64,000 bases of DNA, taken from the NCBI GenBank assembly GCA_965645245.1, contig OZ287072.1, forward strand, positions 434,001 through 498,000, read 5' to 3'. The notes beneath the pieces were generated by a model. The model was given only the letters and a program-made list of their open reading frames with translations, did no database searches and was not told where the DNA came from. The translations under genes and the position numbers were made by a program. Positions 61,183-64,000 of this stretch are shown one piece after another; position 1 is the stretch's first letter; each line of letters starts with the position of its first letter. The DNA comes from Massalongia carnosa (taxonomy: Eukaryota).

Positions 61183-61852
61183 TTGGAAGATTGGTGATTG
61201 GTTACGATCGGAAAGATAATGGAGATACAAGCTGCGCTGGGTCTGATATTGTACCTTGGATTCGAGATGAGCTTCAGATCCGGATTGCTGGCGATGAGAT
61301 GGAAAGGTCCCGGATTTTATAGGGAATATGTCTAGAGAACAGGCTGTGCCCTCCGGAGCAGGAATTTCACATCTCAGTAGCAAGACGGAATCTCTCGTCG
61401 AATCGACAAGTCCCATTACCGACTCCGGCATTGTCTCAATGCCTCGACCGCGATTTAGACTGTGTCTTCCTACCACACCTTCCTCGCCACAGCGCCATGG
61501 GGGTAGTCAGGCGATGTTCGGATTACCACCTGAAAGGGTTGATAATATTAGATCTATGTAATGTCTGTCGCCGGCGCCTTTAGGCTGTGCACCAATGTGG
61601 GATTCCTGCAAACTTCGTTCCCATCATGACGTTAAGATGTCTAGCCCTGATCTCGGGCTCGCTTAGATATAATCAATCAAAACACTATCGCTGCCAAGAG
61701 CTGTAGATATTGCGAACTTTTTATGTTTGATAGTAGATAATCATAGAGAGGCTCTATGGGAGGCGTGGAGAAATATGCAAAGGTTACATGGGGATGTATG
61801 CCAACTCTATAAGAAGATGTACGCAATGATTATCTGGAAGCGTGGAGAAATA

Positions 61853-63881
61853 CCGTATAATTTCCCATATAAGCCTCGGGGCGTATAGCTAAGATGACTG
61901 AACCGAGGTGATTTTGAACGGGGGTTTATAGCCAAAAGGGGTTAATAGCCAAATCATTTTTATAGTCAAATAGGGGCTTATAACAACGGGTGAAAAAAAA
62001 ATTTTCCCGCCACCCCCCAATACATTTTCTCTTTTTTTGATCATTGCCCTTCCTATACATTGCCCTTCCTATACATCTCAATATGGCCCCCCCACATATA
62101 TCTCCTAAAAAGACTCGTACCGGTCCTCGTACAAAATCAGTTGTTTCCAGAAGCTTATGGGCATCAAGTGTCAAAAAATCAGGCTATTCACAGTCATCTC
62201 AGACATCTTTCGGAGACAATACTCAGATAACTGAACAGTTTCGTTTGATACGTGAATCGGCTGATGACGTGTCTAATAGAAATTCGGATGATGAAATCAC
62301 TCGTCGAAGAAAACCCTACACACGAGAGAATAAGTTAGCTGCTATCAACTATGCTACAACAACTTGGAAGACTCAAAAAGACGGAACTCTTAAGCTTATT
62401 AGTAAATACGAAGCTGCAAAAAATCTAGGAATTGATCTAGCTATGCTTCGTAGATGGTTAAAAACAAGCTCCGTAATCGAAAACATGAGTACTGGAATCA
62501 GAAAAAACAGACCTCTCAATACTGGCTGTCAGGAACCGGAGTTGGAAAGACAGCTGATTGAGCTGTTTAAAGACAAAAGAGAAGCTGGAATGAAGGTTGA
62601 TAAACGATGGATTATACGTCAGGCAAAACATATATATGCCGAGTTGTATCCACATCGAATTATTCGAAAAGCGGGGAAAAGAGATGAGTATCTAGGCTTC
62701 AAATTCTCTGTTGGGTGGTTTAATAACTTCAGGAATCGAGTCGGTATTTCTCCACGAGCAGTTACCAAAAAATCACAGATAGTTTCCGAGAATTTGCGGT
62801 CCACTATTGAAAGTTGGCTGCAATTCAATCGACGTAATTCTCAGCCCTTAATAGGTCAAATTCCACAGCACGGAGGGGGAAGATATCGTCTTTGTGATAT
62901 TGGTAACATGGATCAACCCCCAATTGCGTACGAATTTCTGGACGGACATACCTACGACTTCAAGGGGGCTAAAACGATATGGGCCAAGACGCATAGATCG
63001 GGATGGGATAAGAGACAAGCTACACTAATGATATACGTCTCTGCTGATGGGATAAATCGTTGCAAACCGCTTCTTATCTTCAGGGGAAAAGACGGAATCA
63101 AAAACAGTCGTATAAAGAAGGAGATAAGTCAGTATCATACAGGGGTGTCGGTCCAATGGAATGATACTGCATGGAGCAATACCACGGTCATGATTCGATG
63201 GCTAAAACATCAATATAAGTACGCTACCGCCGGATTCGTCAATCGAGATGCTCGAGATGCTACACCTCGATTGTTGACTTTAGACGTATTCAGGGAAAAT
63301 ACACTGTGGGGGATCGTCGAATCATGCTTACTCAATGGGTTGGACAAGCTTGGAAGGAATTTCATGAAGAAAGCTCCGATGTAATTCGTCGAGCGTTTAG
63401 AAAATTAGGACTTTCTCTGGCCATAGATGGATCGGAAGATGACGAATTGCATGTAGAAGATCTTCCGGGCATTGAGGTGGGAAATTGGAGACGAAATAAC
63501 GAGGAAGAAATAGAGACAGCTGAGAGAATAGATGAGAGGGCAGATGAGGGGACAAATGACGAGACAAATAAGGTAGTTATGGATGAGAATATTAGGGGGG
63601 GATACGAGTATGTTTTAAGAGATGAAATAGGGTCGAATATTGAGGAAAACGATGGCGGGGAAGATAATAGCGGCGACAGCGAGATGGATGAAGAATAATA
63701 GGAAGGTACTTCAAATTCAGTGAGAATTACTAGGAAAATTAAGTACCTCTATATCTTCTTAAGAATTAGGAGCTTATAGCCCAATACCCCCCCTCGGTCT
63801 GAAAATTCAATTTTAGAACACAGGCTTATAGCCGAAAAGGGGTTAATAGTTAAGTCCAGGCTTATATGGGAAATTATACGG
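61853..63881 (+). mobile_element. pogo/Fot1-like DNA transposon, internally deleted
   Basis: Perfect 24-bp TIR CCGTATAATTTCCCATATAAGCCT (61853-61876 and 63858-63881). TA duplication at 61851-52 and 63882-83. Subterminal TTATAGCC...GGGGTTAATAG repeats. Confidence 0.96.
62083..63698 (+). pseudogene. CENP-B/DDE_1 transposase lacking the distal catalytic segment
   Basis: HTH (EPELERQL, FKFSVGWFNNFRNR), IGNMDQ, SGWDKRQAT, KPLLIFRG, RLLTLDVF, then an out-of-frame jump to GDRRIMLTQWVGQAW...FRKLGL and an acidic tail. Confidence 0.88.
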
Positions 63882-64000
63882 TATGCAAAGGCTACATGGG
63901 GGGGTGTATGCCAACTCTATAAGGAGATGTACGCAATGATTATCTGGAGGCGTTTGCAAGGCCCTAGGGACGCCTCTGTAAAGAATATCATCATATGATG

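Larger units (their letters stand above)
61764..63950. repeat. Tandem repeat of about 77 bp (two copies), second copy split by the transposon
   Basis: Copy 1 starts at 61764 (CGTGGAGAAATATGCAAAGG...). Copy 2 starts at 61841 (CGTGGAGAAATA) and resumes after the element at 63882 (TATGCAAAGG...TATCTGGA). Confidence 0.85.

Overview
Intron-rich genomic DNA from a filamentous ascomycete (Pezizomycotina). The taxon is inferred from gene content, short GT-AG introns with CTRAY branch sites and the transposon types. About 16 housekeeping genes are recognisable: a SRAP/HMCES protein, Mgr3-like, RACK1/CpcB with an intronic U24 snoRNA, a PLD-family protein, a tail-anchored FHA protein, the cell-wall-integrity MAPK, a large conserved hypothetical protein, Has1, an Flc/TRP-like channel, NDUFAF2-like, a calponin-homology protein, U1-C, Air1/2, Orm1, TMEM234-like and Prp24. 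Accessory DNA includes a 5'-truncated Tad-like LINE with a 14-bp target-site duplication, two TA-flanked pogo/Fot1-like DNA transposons, a GNAT-like pseudogene and small secreted-protein genes or relics. The standout observation is in the U1-C gene. The conserved MPKFFCDYCD N-terminus can only be assembled by splicing a 53-nt AT-AC intron with major-spliceosome signals (ATAAGT...ACTGAC...CAC) followed by a 6-nt microexon. A non-canonical 5' splice site therefore sits in the gene for a 5' splice-site recognition factor, a candidate autoregulatory splicing sensor. Also notable are a U24 snoRNA whose D-box guide has lost the target-pairing bases, a CpC-to-TpC mutation signature in one transposon, and a PLD reading frame with no in-frame AUG near its start. 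All calls come from reading the sequence; no searches were run.
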